Shown here: one piece after another, positions 13,620-28,773 of the stretch | How the letters are laid out: each line of letters opens with the position of its first letter | Numbering within the stretch: the first letter of the stretch is position 1 | Assembly (NCBI RefSeq): GCF_009914755.1 | Contig: NC_060929.1 | DNA: 64,000 bases | Direction: 5' to 3' (one strand) | DNA from: the human T2T-CHM13v2.0 reference genome, Homo sapiens | Position numbers and translations under genes: made by a program | Notes under the pieces: model-generated | The model's database searches: none | What the model was told of the DNA's origin: nothing | Seen by the model: the letters and a program-made list of their open reading frames with translations, nothing else

Positions 13620-14020
13620 CTGCCTTAGATCCAGCTCCCAGAAGCAAACCCTGAGAGGACGATTCACATGATAGTGATATATTTGTGAGGAAGCATTTCC
13701 AACAGAAAGCAGATGAATTGGGGAAGCAAAACAAGGTATCAACAGAGGACAAAGGAAAGTGTAATTTCAAGTGGAATCCAGGCCTCAGCTTGATATGGAA
13801 GGGGAGTTTCTACTTGAGTCAAGGGGCTGATTTCTCATTCCCTGCACTCACCATTGCCTGTGGATCAGGGTGATGGGGAGCTGAGGAGGACGGGGGACTC
13901 CCAGACACTCCTGGTTTTTTCAGTCTTTGGGGTAAAGCAGTCTAGTAGCTCAAGTGCAGTCATCTGAAGAGAGTCTCAGGTAGAGTTGTTAGAAGCAAAG
14001 TATCCAGAGCAGATAAGGGA
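13620..14020 (-). mobile_element. Old ERVL-type LTR fragment (LTR16/LTR33-like)
   Basis: cccagaagcaaaccctgaga...gattcacatg resembles an ERVL LTR terminus; weak. Confidence 0.35.
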
Positions 14021-14489
14021 ATAGGCAGTTATAACTCATCTTATATTTTAAGATTTACAAAGAATAAGCTTTTAGAAGCCAGGCACATATTGGAGGTGGA
14101 TAGATGGATGATAGAGATGTAAAATTTAAAGCACTGATTTCTGACTTACCAACATTTTGAGTTTTTTACTATTCCTAGTGTGAAGATAATTTTTCCGGAC
14201 AATCCAATGGTTCATAGTAGGTTCTTTAAGATATGTAAAGTGTGTTGTAAATGTAAAGTATTAACACACATGTGGCAAAAAGCAGTCTTGTTAAGTTGGC
14301 ATCTCTTCAGCTCCTCTCATGTGAGCTCATCCCCACATGTAAGTGAGATAACCCTTTTTCCCAAGGAGTTGGCAGTTTACGACAATTAGATTAAAACCAA
14401 TAAATGAGAACAACGTGGACTCATTAGTAAAAAATAGTTGTAGTGTTTGACAGCGCTCAAATATGCAACCTCCTTTGAGATTCATGGTC

Positions 14490-15000
14490 ATTCCTTTAAA
14501 AGGAGACCAGGTTACAATTTGTGTGACTTGTGTCTAGCAGCATTCAAAGCCACAGAAGCATATAGAGAGGAGGAGATAATTGGATTTAACCCGAGTTGGA
14601 AGTTAGCCAAGTGAGTCATTGGAGGGAAAAAAAGGTTAAATGAGTTAAATGTTTGCAAATAAATGATTATAGTCATTGGACCATGGAATCTAGTCTAAGT
14701 ACCAAAAAAAAAAAAAAAATGGCAGTATTAATGAATTAGTTGGAGGTCTTGATATGGTCAGGGAATTAGTGAAATGAGCCAAAGTTAATGTTCAAAAAGA
14801 AGGACATTTGAAATTGGGATTGACCTGCTGACAAGGTCTTCCAAATGACAAGGTCAAGGATAAGACCTTGGGAGAAGATGGCTAGAGGAAAGATTACTGA
14901 TGCTGGGGAGGTCAAAGAAATGAGAGACTAGGGTATTCCACAGATTATCAGTGGATACTAGATTAATAGATTATTAAGTAGATGCCAAAATTTTCAAGAA
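14490..15000 (-). mobile_element. L2 internal fragment
   Basis: purine-rich degenerate L2-like text (tgacaaggtcaaggataagacc...ggaggtcaaagaaatgagagac). Confidence 0.45.
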
Positions 15001-16959
15001 AAACAACAGGAGTAGGAGGGAAAATTTTCAAAGTTCTTTAGCCTCTTAATCAAATAAAAACAAAGGGGAAGAAAAACAAAGCAAACTGTAAGATGTCCTT
15101 AATTGATGAGCAATTAACTTCCACAACAGTGTTTGTTCACTTTGATACCTAGAATTAGCCATAATGATTATCCAAGTAACAAAACCATTTTGCTTTTATT
15201 TACACTGAACATTTATATACCCAAAGACATGTGTATCCATGGATATGTCCCTTAATAATTATTCAGTGTTTCCAAGGATTACTAATCAAAAACTTTAGGG
15301 TCATTGAAGAAAAGAATTTTAAATTTATGCAGAGGGTAATAAAAATGTTCCTCACATTTTATTATAAATAAAGAAAATATCCTGAATTGCAGTCATAGAT
15401 GTGTCTTTATCCACTTTATTATTTTTGTGTAATTAGTTGGCTGTATCCTATCTTGTTCCCAAAGGGTCTTTTGGTCACCTTTATTCCAAATATAGTAGCT
15501 CTCTCAGAATAGGTGGTAAAGGATATTGGGTGAAAGATAAACTCACAGAACAAGGCTAACCTGGACATGAATTGAGCAGAGTGCATGTTCATTCAGCTGA
15601 TGATGTAACCTCATCTTACAATTACATATATTCTCTAGTTATTTCTTATTTATCTTATACCTAACTAAGCAACTTTAGGAGAGAATTCATATGTTCTATT
15701 ATTTTTTACAAAATATGATATATGTATTTATGTGTTTGTTTCATCATATACTCTAACATATCTCAGTTAACTAGCTAGTTAAGCAAATTCATTGAGTAGC
15801 CATGAAGTGGCAGTGGCACTCAGCAGAAGCTAGCAGGTTGAGGTGACTAAAGAATGGAGGATTTTAGATAGATGCCTTTTTACTGAGAGGAAATAGGGTG
15901 ATTGAAAGAGCCCTTGGATAAGGGATACACATCTTAGACTAGACCCCCCTTCCACCACTTCACTATAGGGATTGGGTGTTTTCAACTCAGTTTCCTCACT
16001 TATGAAACATTATCATGTTTCTGTTATTATAATTTAAATAATTAGAGAAGAAAGTTTTAAAAAGACCATTAAATATATATCATAGTATTCTTATTTAAGC
16101 ATAAGGACATAATTGCTCCAACATAACCAGTGTACTCTAGAGGGTAACTCAAAGATGATAAAAATTGCTTTAAATTTGGGCTTCTCTTATTTGTTTCTAA
16201 AAACACACCAGAATATGCTTTTAGTTTCCAAAAAGACTTAGTGTGAAAATGTACATATAAACAGACATGAAATTAAGACTAAAGCTTTCTGACATCAGTG
16301 ATTTCAGCAGAGGAGCCTGGAAACCAGTTACTGAGCCTTCATGCTACTTAAGAATAAGGTTAGACTAAGAAATAGGATTTGCTCTAAAGCAAGTAACAGA
16401 GGCAACTTCACCAACAGGCAAAGTAGGCAATTGCCTTGGAAAGAAGGCAGGCTTGTTGCAAATTACCTCCCTTACCCAAGTAATGAATCACCTGGAATTC
16501 CTGAATTAAAGAGACATTCCTTTGGGCAAATAATTTTCTGAGTCTGGATTTTGAGATAGGATGGTTAAACAAAAAGTCATCTTCAGTCACAATTTTTAAT
16601 GCAGATTAGTTTATTGGTTCACATCAACCTTTAAAGGGAGATGTGGAAAAAGTGTAGGAGAGATAGCCATTACTGGGGCCAGGAGGCAGGTGGGAAGAGG
16701 AAGAATATGGAGCAAGGGAAATCAAATCTGGGGGCACTTTCCCTCCTGTATTTCACTGCATGAAGGCTCTGCAGTTAGCTGCCTGCGTTATCCAATCTGT
16801 GGACTAAAGGGAATGAAAGGAGGAAGGCAGTAGGAAAGGAAGACAAAACAAGGAAAGAAGGTGGAGTTGGGAAGGGCTGATTTGGGAGAAATGAGGCTGC
16901 AGCAAGGTTAGACAAAGCTCACTGCTCAAGTGTGTAACCCTGCAGGCTACATAACCTGA

Positions 16960-17380
16960 TTATTCCTCCAGCTTCATGGTGCCCTCTTCTTTCCTCACAG
17001 CCCTGGCCATGGCTCACTGCCTTTCTTTCCATTCTTAGGGTAGATCTATCTCTTTCCCATCCTGGTCTTCTTCACATACACAGTTTCCCCTGTATGGACG
17101 CTCTGCCCTTCTAGCACTCACTCTTGAAGTCTCAGCTTCTGAGAAGCCTTCCCTGGACCCCCATTTTCAGTCTGGCCTCTAGATTATATTGGCTGATTAG
17201 GGATTTTCCCATACAGTCCTTTCCACAGTTTGCAATTGTTCATGTATTTGAATGATCACGTGTTTAATCTCTCTCTCCTTCTAGCTTTAGAGAAGCTCCA
17301 TGAAGGCAGAGACCATATCAGTGTGTTTCATATTCTACCCACCAAGGCCTACCAGAGTTACTCTGTAAAATCTGTTGAAT
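16960..17380 (+). mobile_element. L2 3' fragment
   Basis: gagaagccttccctg...aagctccatgaaggcagagacc...tgttgaat. Confidence 0.6.
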
Positions 17381-17583
17381 TAGATAAACCAATCGTTTGA
17401 GAAGTTTAGTAACAGCATGTTTGCTTTTGTTCTTTGGACTACAAACAGTCACAGAATGGCTATGCTTATTACTGTCAAAATAGAAGCATTTGTGTACTGA
17501 TAGGTTTGCAAACTCATCTGAAATGTATTATATCTGATTCACATGGTTAACCTGAAGAAATCTGAACAGGAAATTTGGATTGA

Positions 17584-17784
<201 letters not shown>

Positions 17785-19902
17785 TAAAGTAAAAGACTGC
17801 AAAAATAACTGCTCATGATTTAGCCTTTTGGCATATCAATTGAAAGTTTAATATGACAATATTTAAAGCCATTTTGTTTAAAATGAGATTCAGAAGATTA
17901 AATAATGGTTACAAGATCAGATGTTTGTATGACACAATCTCACCATCCTTCTTATCCTTCTCTTGTTACAAGGGTTTAATTGATAGAGAATCCATTTTAA
18001 AATATCACTGCATCTATATTTTCATGTTCTTGGGTACTAAGACAATATTAGTTAATATTTGTTTCATTTATTTTTTGTTTTCAACTTCTAAGAGTCTCAA
18101 TCTAAAAGAACGGATTAAAAATAGGTCTACCTCTACTCAATATATATTTATATTCTAGAATGTCCATGTATTTTCAGTACTTGATTTACCGTTATCGAAG
18201 CTACTAGATAAGAGGTGTTAAGGCGCCAAATTAAATATTGTCTATTTAAAATCATTTTTAGTGCAAAGTTTGAAAGAAATGGAAAGGATATTATCATTTG
18301 TAATCCTCTCTCCTTTTTTACTTTCTTTAGATTCCCTCCAATTTACAACCCTTCCTTTCTTCCATCTGCAGTTTTCCTTATGGTGAACACATAACTCAGT
18401 CTGTGGTTGAATTTCATTTTATAAGAACGAACAGAATTGTCCTCTCTTACAAATGTAGAACACTTTATTTCCTGTGTGTTCTCTTATCTCATTCATTAAA
18501 CTAGCAAACTTCTGAACAAATTCAAAACAATACAAAAATCACAGGAAATGTAATAAGTAGTTTGATTAATGTTAAGAATCCTTCTGTTAAATGTCTTCAA
18601 CTTCTGAACTCTTGCCTTAGGTGGAAAGCTAATTACCCATGCTCTCACTTCATCTGCCTGCTAAGATGACTGTTTTAAGAAGGTTAAAAAAGTTAATAAT
18701 GATCCTGCAAAGAATGGATTGGATATTCAAAATTTTATAATTTCATGTACAGCTTTTGCCTCATGAATATTAGAAAATCATCTGGCTCTAGTTATATGGG
18801 GCCCAAGAGAAAATAACCACAAACAGATGGAGGTAATTGGACATTTACCTACCTATTGGATCACCTATTGGATCACCAATTTGTATACACAAAGAGTGCA
18901 CATGTTTAGGTGTACCGAATGCACCCCCATTCAATAATCAATTAAATGTGACTGCACATTCGAAGTAAGTCAAAGTGTTCTTTGAAACCTCTGAGCCTGT
19001 AGGGAGCTGTACGTTTTCCAAAGGCAACCATTTAAGAATGAATATTCATCTCTGAAAACTAACTGAAGAAATATTCTGGCTGCTTTTGCTTCTGCATAAA
19101 TACGGCTCTAAATACCATGTCCCTATGTGTTTTTTGCCTCTGTGTTTCACAAAGGGTATAGCTGTGGGACACAGAGTTTATTGAATTTTGATTATACATT
19201 AAAATTATGTAGTGATAGTACCAAGTATTTTTCTCCTACATTAATTACCTTTTCATGTTTAAGCACATTTTAATTGTTTTTTATTCCTTTCAGGCAGAAG
19301 TTGCAAACAATATTTTTAATATTTTTAGAATTCTTTACCTTCATTTTCAGTAAATCCCAGTTCAAAGTTTTGTGTGTGTGTGTTCCCTTCTTCCTATCCC
19401 AAATTTTTACTTTTGTCAATAAACTTACAGTATTTAATCATGAGGCCTGGATTCTCCTGTCTTGAAGAAAGGGACACTCTTGATATATTTTAATTTTTTA
19501 AAGCATGCAGGAAAGTCAATGCTTAGTGCCAAGAAAGGACACTGGATACTGGTACTTTGAGGACAATGACAATTTTTTAAGGAATGTAGTTGAAACAGGA
19601 AAGGTGTACTCAGGAGTTCTGTCAATGTCTAATCTTCCAATATTACATAAAGCCAGCCCTGAGTTTAGAACAGTCACATTTTATTTATGAAAGGCCTTTT
19701 AATCATCTCCTTCAGCTGATGTTCATTCAATTCTTTTGTAACCCTGATATTTAAGAGAATTAGGAAGTTTTAGTGACCTAAGGAATTTGAATTTCAAAAG
19801 TGATTGAATCTCATATGATATTCGCATACAAAGATCTGTTAAAGACTAACATGTAACATCTGTTTTCACCTTTGTTTGTATACTTTAAAAAGTCAGAAAA
19901 TC

Positions 19903-20214
<312 letters not shown>

Positions 20215-20462
20215 CTACTTGTATAGTATGTTAAAAATTATTCATGATATTTGTTAAAGATTGTAAGGAAGACATCACTCAAGAGGAACCTTTATGATGA
20301 AGGTATTGCAGTAAGGAAGAGAGATAGGGCTCAGCTTTGACTACAGTGAGGACAAGTGGGCATTTATAGTCAAGGAACAGGGCAGGGATTGGCAGTAACA
20401 TCAAGGCTAGGGGGATTCTTGCTAGACTGGCTCAACAGGATTCTTGCTGAAGGCAGATAAAT

Positions 20463-21310
20463 AGTAGGAAAAATAAACTGTTTTTCTCTTTCTATATTCT
20501 AAACACTTGACATGTCACTTCTGATGCCAGATGTGTGGGATTTTTCCCACATCGACCAGTTATCTGACATCAGCTGCATGTTCTAGAATTCAATTCAGTT
20601 CTGACACCAACTAGAGTTTATGCAAACCTCCCACAGATTAACGGCTCAGTCCTTCAAGAATTCATTCCAATTTAGAGCCAGTAGGTTTCCAGGTACCCAC
20701 GATTTGTCCAACGTGGCTACAAATTAGACCCCTTACTTGGGTTTGATTATATGCTAGAGTGGATCACAGAACTCAGTAAAGTATCTTACTTACTATTATT
20801 AGTTTATTATAAAAGGATACAACTCAGGAACAGCAAGAGATATGTAGTGCAAGCTATGAGGGAAAGGTGTCAGAGCTGCCATTCCCTCTCATGGTGTACC
20901 TCCTTCCACCTGTTCAGCAACCTGGAAACTTTCTGAACCCCGTAGTTCAGAAAGTTTTACAGAGGCTTGATCACAGGCATGATTGATTATTAACTGATTC
21001 TCTAGCCCCTCAATCTTTCCTGGAGAATGAGAGCTGGGGCTGAACGTTTCAAGCTTCTGATCATGGCCTGGTCCTTCTAGTGATCAGCTCCCATTTAGGA
21101 GCCCACCAAGAGTTACTTCATTAGAACAAAAGATACTCCTATCACCTAGGAAATTCAACAGATTAGAATATCTATGTCAGAAACCCAGGTTAAAGACCAT
21201 ATATTAGAACAAAAGATACACCTCTCACCAGTATTGCTCAGGAAGTTATGAGAGTTTTAGGAGTTCTGCACCAGAAACCAGAGGCAGAGACCAAATATAT
21301 ATTTATTATT
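20463..21310 (-). mobile_element. MER21-like LTR nested in the MER31-like LTR
   Basis: aattcaattcagttctgacac, tagagtggatcacagaactcag, aggatacaactcaggaacagc, duplicated attagaacaaaagatac, gagaccaaatatatattt. Confidence 0.75.
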
Positions 21311-21720
21311 TGTTAAAGGAAAATTTTAGACAAATTAAATTTGACAGAGTTTATTTGAGCAAAGAATGATTCATGAATCAGGCAGCAGTCAGAACCATAA
21401 GAAGTTCGGAAAGATCCATTTTAGCAGTGTGAGCAATGGGCTTTTACGAGCTGAATGCAAAATCAAATTAAAGAAATGACTTGATTGGCTATAGCTAGGC
21501 ATTTACCTTATTTGGGTATGATCTGGTGGAAAGTTAGAGGTTACTTGCCAGGTTCTGATTGGTAAAGTCTCTAGTTAGAAGTTAGTTGCAGTTTCTAATT
21601 GGTAATGTTTAAGTTTTGTTTTACTGTTTACATTGAATTGGACTTTGGTTTGATTATATAGGAACATACGGCACTGGAGCTGTCTCAGCCTAATTGCCTA
21701 TAAATTCAATTCTTTTAAAA
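21311..21720 (-). mobile_element. ERV1 LTR (MER67/MER4-group-like) nested at the end of the MER21-like LTR
   Basis: tgttaaaggaaaattt...gagtttatttgagc, repeated (g/a)attgg CCAAT boxes, ggcactggagctgtctcagcctaa. Confidence 0.6.
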
Positions 21721-22383
21721 GATAATATCATGGAACAGCGTAATCAGATTTAGAGGGTGGGGAATGAGGAATGTGATCAGATACCAAGGATGAGGGATTT
21801 CCACTAAATTGATTAAGCCAGATTCTTGCTTAAACTGGACAAAGTGGGTAAAGAACACAGCCCAGGGTCAGAGCCCAGTCTAGAAGAAGATGTAAAGGAG
21901 CCTGACTCGGTTTTGGTCAAGGAGAGGGTCTTTGTCAAGTATAGAGGGCAGAGAGACTCAAAGAAAGTAAAAAATTAGTACAACTATATCCTGTATATCC
22001 ACCACTCAGAACTGACAGTTGTCAACATCTTGTCATATTTGCTTTAAGTCCTTCGAAAGGAAAAGTCATCACATAGAATCCTTTTCCCCATTTCACCAGA
22101 ATCCTCTCTTCCTGCTTAAAGATATCAGTTATGGTATATTTAGTGTGTATCTGTTGTGCAAACTCTTTGGAATGTTAGCTTAAGACAGGCGTTTCCTTGG
22201 CAAATCTATCCCAAATGGCAGCTGTTTGTCTGTACAACCAAATATCTAAATGGACCATTCAGTACAATGATTGCTGTACTTTGTACCAAAATCCTAGAAA
22301 TATATGAAGTCTTTTCATTACTTTAGTCCTAAATAAAATATACTCATCTCTTCCAAGACTCCAGAGCGAAAAGGTTTGAGTAA

Positions 22384-22778
<395 letters not shown>

Positions 22779-23491
22779 TGAAATTCAGGGTTTTTTTGCA
22801 GTTAGGTTATAGCATTTTCCCCTCCTCTCCATTGCCATCTTCTCCCATCCTGCTCTCAGCAGCCTGTGTGCTAACACATAGTTCAGGCCAAATGTTTTGT
22901 AACTCCTTCAACCACTTTTTGCTCCCTAAAACCCAACTGACTACTCCATGGACTCAGAGCATCACCATCTGCAGTCTATTACTCCCATGTGAAAGACTGC
23001 AGATGTCCCTATCCCCAGGACACTCTCAAGCACTCACAGCCCCACTAATACTCTGTTCTCTCTCATCTCTCCTCCCCAGATTAGAGGATTTTCGAGCCAT
23101 TCTACAAATGTCAGAGTAGCTGTGGGGGAAGCAAAATCTCAAGCAAAAGTTTCTGCTAGACGCAGAAGAAAAGAGGCCTGTTAAATGAGAGAAGGGGTGT
23201 TTACAGAGAAAGGAGCACCTGGGGGAGTGTTTACAGATCTGGCCTTCTCTGACCATGATGTATGCCTCAGTCACACCCTCCCTTTGAAATTTCCAAAGAA
23301 TGAAATACTGCTGCCTTTTTATATATAGGATGTGTGGTGATTAGCAAAACGGAGACCTCTCCATCATCTGAAATAAATCTAAAACTATTACAAACAAGGC
23401 TCATTATGCCTCCCAACTTGAATGATGGGCATTGATGCTAATTTTGGAGGGAAGCACCAGGCTACCTAGAGTAGTCAGTGTTTTTGTTTAG

Positions 23492-23740
<249 letters not shown>

Positions 23741-23829
23741 TAGGTGTAGAGAAGAGCTGTGTGCATATTGGGTAATTTTATGAAAGTCACACAAACCAGG
23801 TTGGAAAAGAGAAAGGTCTCCATTTGAAG

Positions 23830-23926
23830 GTAAGCCCTGGGAGGACAGACTTGGATCTTGCTCCCTCTGGGTCCTTAGTACCCAGCACAATGCCAGGCCA
23901 AACAGACACTCAACAAACAATCATTG
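23830..23926 (+). mobile_element. L2 3' end
   Basis: gtaagccctgggaggacagac...cccagcacaatgccaggc...cactcaacaaac. Confidence 0.6.
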
Positions 23927-24083
23927 AAAGGAAGGAAGGAAGGAAGAAAATAAGGAAACATGAAAAGAGGAAGAAGGAAGCAAAAACATAAGAAGGAAGG
24001 AAGGGTGAGAAAAAGAGGACTGAAAAAAAGAAGAGGAAAAGAAGAGGAGGAAAGGAAGGGAAGAGGGTGGGAAGGCGGGAAAA
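23927..24083. repeat. GA-rich low-complexity polypurine tract
   Basis: ggaaggaaggaaggaagaaa...gaagaggaggaaaggaaggg. Confidence 0.9.
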
Positions 24084-24839
24084 ATGCCTTTGCCTTTAAA
24101 TAAGAGAGAGGATTTGTTCAGTATAACAAGAGCAGTGGCCATTGGGCTTCCCTTCCCCGTCTGAGCAATTTTCGACTCTCTTTTTCATTAATTATCTTCC
24201 CCCATCACTTAGCTAAAGTGGGGGAAAGTGCCAGTTGTCTCTGTTTAAATATTAACAACTTCTGACGTTTGACACTTGCTTTTCAGCGAAGTAGACAGGA
24301 ATTGAATTTTTGTTTTCTGATGCAATTTATAAGCTCCTGGTATAGACCTTTCGACCTAAAATGTAGACATTCTAGTGGGGAACAAGTTCTGAAATAAAAA
24401 GTTACCCAAATGGTATGCCAATTACTTCAGAGCTAGCTCTAGTTTTAACAGTGTGCTTCTTCAAAGCAGCTTGCAGTTCTTCTCAGACATTAGTGCATTA
24501 CTCCTGTAACCTCATTATTCCTGTAGCTTCATGGAACAGCAGGTGAGGGAGCTGAGAAAGAGGCAAGGGCACCCAGTGACTTGGGTGGTCCCAGAGGACA
24601 GGGGCAAAGTGGCTTAAAGTCCTCTGATGAGACGTGTGGTATTTCCTCTGGGATGGTCACTGATACTCCCCAGGGAAAAGGATGAGGGCCTGACTGAAGC
24701 AAAAGAAAAGAATTGAGAATAAATCTGCCACTGCCTTCTCTCTAGTAAGGAACATTCAAAAGCCACTGCACTGCCTTCAAGACTCACTTTCTCACATTAA
24801 CATTGAGTGTACGTTATAGTATTTCAGTTGTTGCTCTAA

Positions 24840-25211
<372 letters not shown>

Positions 25212-25799
25212 TAATTTTAGTTCTTTTCTAACTTTCTATAAGTGAAAAATCTGTATCCTTCTTAATCAAACTATCAGTTTTTTAATCTACCATTCTAAAT
25301 CTAACTTTAAAAAACTACATGTAGATGTGCAGTGGGGGTGAGGGGGTGAGCTACTCAGGTGGGTAGGGGGAGCCTCAGACCTGGAGGAAAGGGGTGGGGG
25401 CAGCCCTCAAGCCCATTGCCCTTGTGCCCACTATCCTCCCAGGCCACAGTGCAGAACCATGGTCGGAAGGGTGCTTGAGGTCTGTTTTGTAACAGGACTT
25501 TGAAGGCAGCACCATGGAGCTCTTCGTTTTTAATGATGCCAGACAAGGCTATTATTGGAAAAAGAAATGTGAAGCCAAAAAATTCCTGTACCTTCATGGT
25601 CACTGGAGGCCAAGACTCTCCTTCTTCTTAGAGGATTTGGATATTCTTAAAAAAAAAAAAAAAAAATCAAGCAATAGCAAAGGGCTCAGTGTCTTTCCTT
25701 TATTTTTTGGATTCCAGGAGCATAGCCTTGAATTAATCCGATCCTTGCTTCGTTCAGGCCAAATTGTAATCATTTGTTGAAACAAACTTTATTTGTTTC

Positions 25800-27320
25800 T
25801 CTGTTTAGAACTATATCTGTGTATTTATTTTAATAATATTATAAGCATCCATGGACCTACCACCCAAATCGAGAGCTAGCTCTCTTTTTTGATAACTACA
25901 TCTGAGCACATTTACCACCTGTCTTCCTCCACCTGGGTAACCATCAGTCCACTTTCTACATTCCTCAACCCTTGCTCTACTTTTCAAAATAATATTTAGG
26001 CACCCATACATATCCAAAAAAATAAATTTTAAGAATATTTCATTGTTTTTAACATTTTAAAAAGAATGTAATGCTGTATATAATATTTTGGAACTTTTAA
26101 AACTTAATACTATATTAAGATTCATCCATAATGTTGCATATCCGTATAGTTCATTCTGTTTTTAAAAATTGAAGTGATATTTACAATACAGTGAAATGCA
26201 AGGTTTCAGTGTGAAAAGTGTGCACGAAGTGAACAATTTGGTGAGTTTTGACAATTACGTGCACCCACATAAGACTTAATCAAGATATAGAGCAATTTCA
26301 TCACTCCCAGAAAGTTTCCTGTGCTTTCTTTTTTAAAATGTATCTTTAATTTTTATGGATACATGATAGCTGTACATATTTACCTGGTACATGTGATATT
26401 TTGATACAGGCATACAGTGGCTAATGATCAAATCTGGGCAACTGGAATATCCATCACCTCAGACACTTATCATTTCTTTGTGTTGGGAATATTCCAAGTC
26501 TTCTCCTGTAGCTATTTTGAAATATACAATATGTTTACTGTAGTTGTCCTATAGTGCTACTGAACACTAGCTCTTATTCCTTCCATCTAATTATAGTTTT
26601 AAATCCATTAACTAACCCCTCTTCATCCCTGCTCTTCCCCACTACTCTTTCCAGCCTTTGATAACCACCATTCTATTCAGTACGTCTATGAGATCCACAT
26701 TTTCAGCTCCCACATTTGAGTGAGAACGTAGTGATATTTGTCCTTTAGTGCTTGGCTTATTTCATTTAATATAATGTTCTTCAGTTCCATCCATGTTGCT
26801 GCAAATGACAAAGTTTTGTTCTTTTTAATGGATAAATAATATTCTGTTGTGAAGATATACCATGTTTTTTTAAATCCATTCATCCATTGATCCATACTTA
26901 AGGTTAATTCTATATCTTGTCTATTGTAAACAGTGCTGCAATAAACAGGGGAGTGCAGATATTTCTTCAATATACTATTTCCTTTCTTTGGGATATATAC
27001 CCAGCAATGTTTTTTTTTTCTTTTTTTTTTTTTTCATTTTAAATACACACCTCCTGTAGTAACCACTGATGTGACATACCACCATAGCTCACTTAGAAGC
27101 CAATTCTTGAATTTCAAATAAATAAAACTGTATAGTATGTACTGTGTGTTTAGCTTTTCACTCAACATAATTATTGCTTGTGATATTTTGTGTACTGGGG
27201 ATTCATTTTTTGTTATTGTTATCTATTTTATAGACCACAATTTGTACTCTACTGTTTATAGACATTTTGCTTGTGTCCAGTTTGAGTTATTGTTATAAAT
27301 GTATCATGAACACTAAAAAA
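25800..27320 (-). mobile_element. Old L1M fragments with a younger L1MA-type 3' end inserted at about 26328-27009
   Basis: gatacatgatagctgtacatattt...catccatgttgctgcaaatgaca...ggagtgcagatatttcttcaatatact...tatatacccagcaatg is an L1MA 3' end in reverse; ORF 26686..26970 is its L1-derived translation. Confidence 0.85.
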
Positions 27321-27699
27321 AAAAAATAAAAACCAAAGTGATAATCTTCAGGTAACACTTGCAACTATGGTAAAAACTAATTTTTTTATTTATTACAGAA
27401 GTGATTTTTTATTATAAAGTTTTAAAAAAAATATTGAAGCAAATATAAGGAAACACCTAGTGTCCTAATATACAGAAATAAAAAATAATATATTATGATA
27501 CACATTTTTTCACATTTTTTATGCCCATGTACTTATGTGATTTAAAAAATAGAATTAGGTCATATCTACATATTGGGGATTTTTAATTTTTTTTGCATGT
27601 TAAATTTTACATATTGTTTTAAAAATGTTTTCATTATCTTGAACATTTTTATATTAAAAACAGTTTTAACATAAAAAATTTTTACATTAAAAACTAATT

Positions 27700-28773
27700 T
27701 TTTTAGGCAGAAAAAGTACAAACCTTAACAAAGCTAATTAGTTGGACTTCATCAAAATGTAAAACTTCTACTCTTCAGATGACACTGTTGAGAATATGAA
27801 AAGACAATCTACAGACGGGAAGAAAACATCTGCAAAACACATAAAGGACTTGCATCCAGACTATATACAGAACTCTTACAACACATTTAAGGGAAAATAA
27901 ACATCTCGTTTTCTTTTAATGGGAAAAAGATTTGAACAGACACTAACTACACTGAGGAAGAAATACTATAGCAAATAATTGTATGAAAGAGTCTCAACAT
28001 CATTAGTCATTAGAGAAATGCAAATTAAATAAGACACCACTATACGCTAACACAATTGCTAAAACTAACAAGTGAACAAAAAAAACTGACAATAACAAGT
28101 ATTGACACGCATGCAAAGCAGCTGGATCTCTTAGACATTTCTGATGGGAATAGTAAAATGGCAAAATGGGACGATTACTGTGGAAAGCAGTTTGGCAGTT
28201 TCTTAAAAAGTTAATCATTCACTTATTGTATGACCCAGCACTTTCATTTCTAGTTATTTACTCAAGAGAAAAGAAAATATATGTCTATTACAGAGACCTA
28301 CATGTGAATATTTGCAGCAGCATTATTCATAATATGTTGAAGCTGCAAACAACTCAAATGTTCTCATTAAGTAAATTGTGGTGCATCCATACAATGGAAT
28401 GCTACTCTGCAATAGAAAGGACCCAACTACTGCTACATGCAGCAACACGGATGACTCTGAAAAGCATTGTACAAAGTCACAGAAGCCAGACACAAATGGC
28501 TACATACTATATGATTCCTTAAATCTGACATTCTGGAAAAATCAAAGCTATAAGGACAGATTATTTATCGGTGGTTGCCAGGGTTGAACGAGGGGAGGAA
28601 GGGATTGACTATAGGGGCAGGAGGGAACTTTTTGGGGTGATGTAAATATTCTACACCTTGATGTGGCAGTAACACAACTATATTGGTTTGTCACACTCAT
28701 AGAATTGTACATCTAAACAGGGTGAATTTTACTGTATATAATTTATTGCAATAAACCTTACCTTAAAAAAAAA
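27700..28773 (+). mobile_element. L1M (MD/ME-type) 3' portion: ORF2 C-terminal relic, 3'UTR and A tail
   Basis: ttggacttcatcaaaat, gaaatgcaaattaaa, ggaaagcagtttggcagtttctta, tatgacccagca, aataaa then poly-A; aaaaactaa on both flanks. Confidence 0.85.

Larger units (their letters stand above)
20252..21937 (-). mobile_element. MER31-like ERV1 LTR in two pieces (about 20252-20460 and 21730-21937)
   Basis: right end reverse complement TGACAAAGACCCTCTCCTTGACCAAA...GTCAGGCTCC; the gattcttgct motif occurs in both pieces. Confidence 0.65.

Noticed and set aside
13314-13742. 142-aa minus-strand ORF
   Set aside because: Spans the junction of two LTR relics and has no gag/pol/env similarity.
26686-28587. 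ORFs 26686..26970, 28166..28522, 28378..28587
   Set aside because: Degenerate L1 ORF2 C-terminus/3'UTR translations, not host genes.
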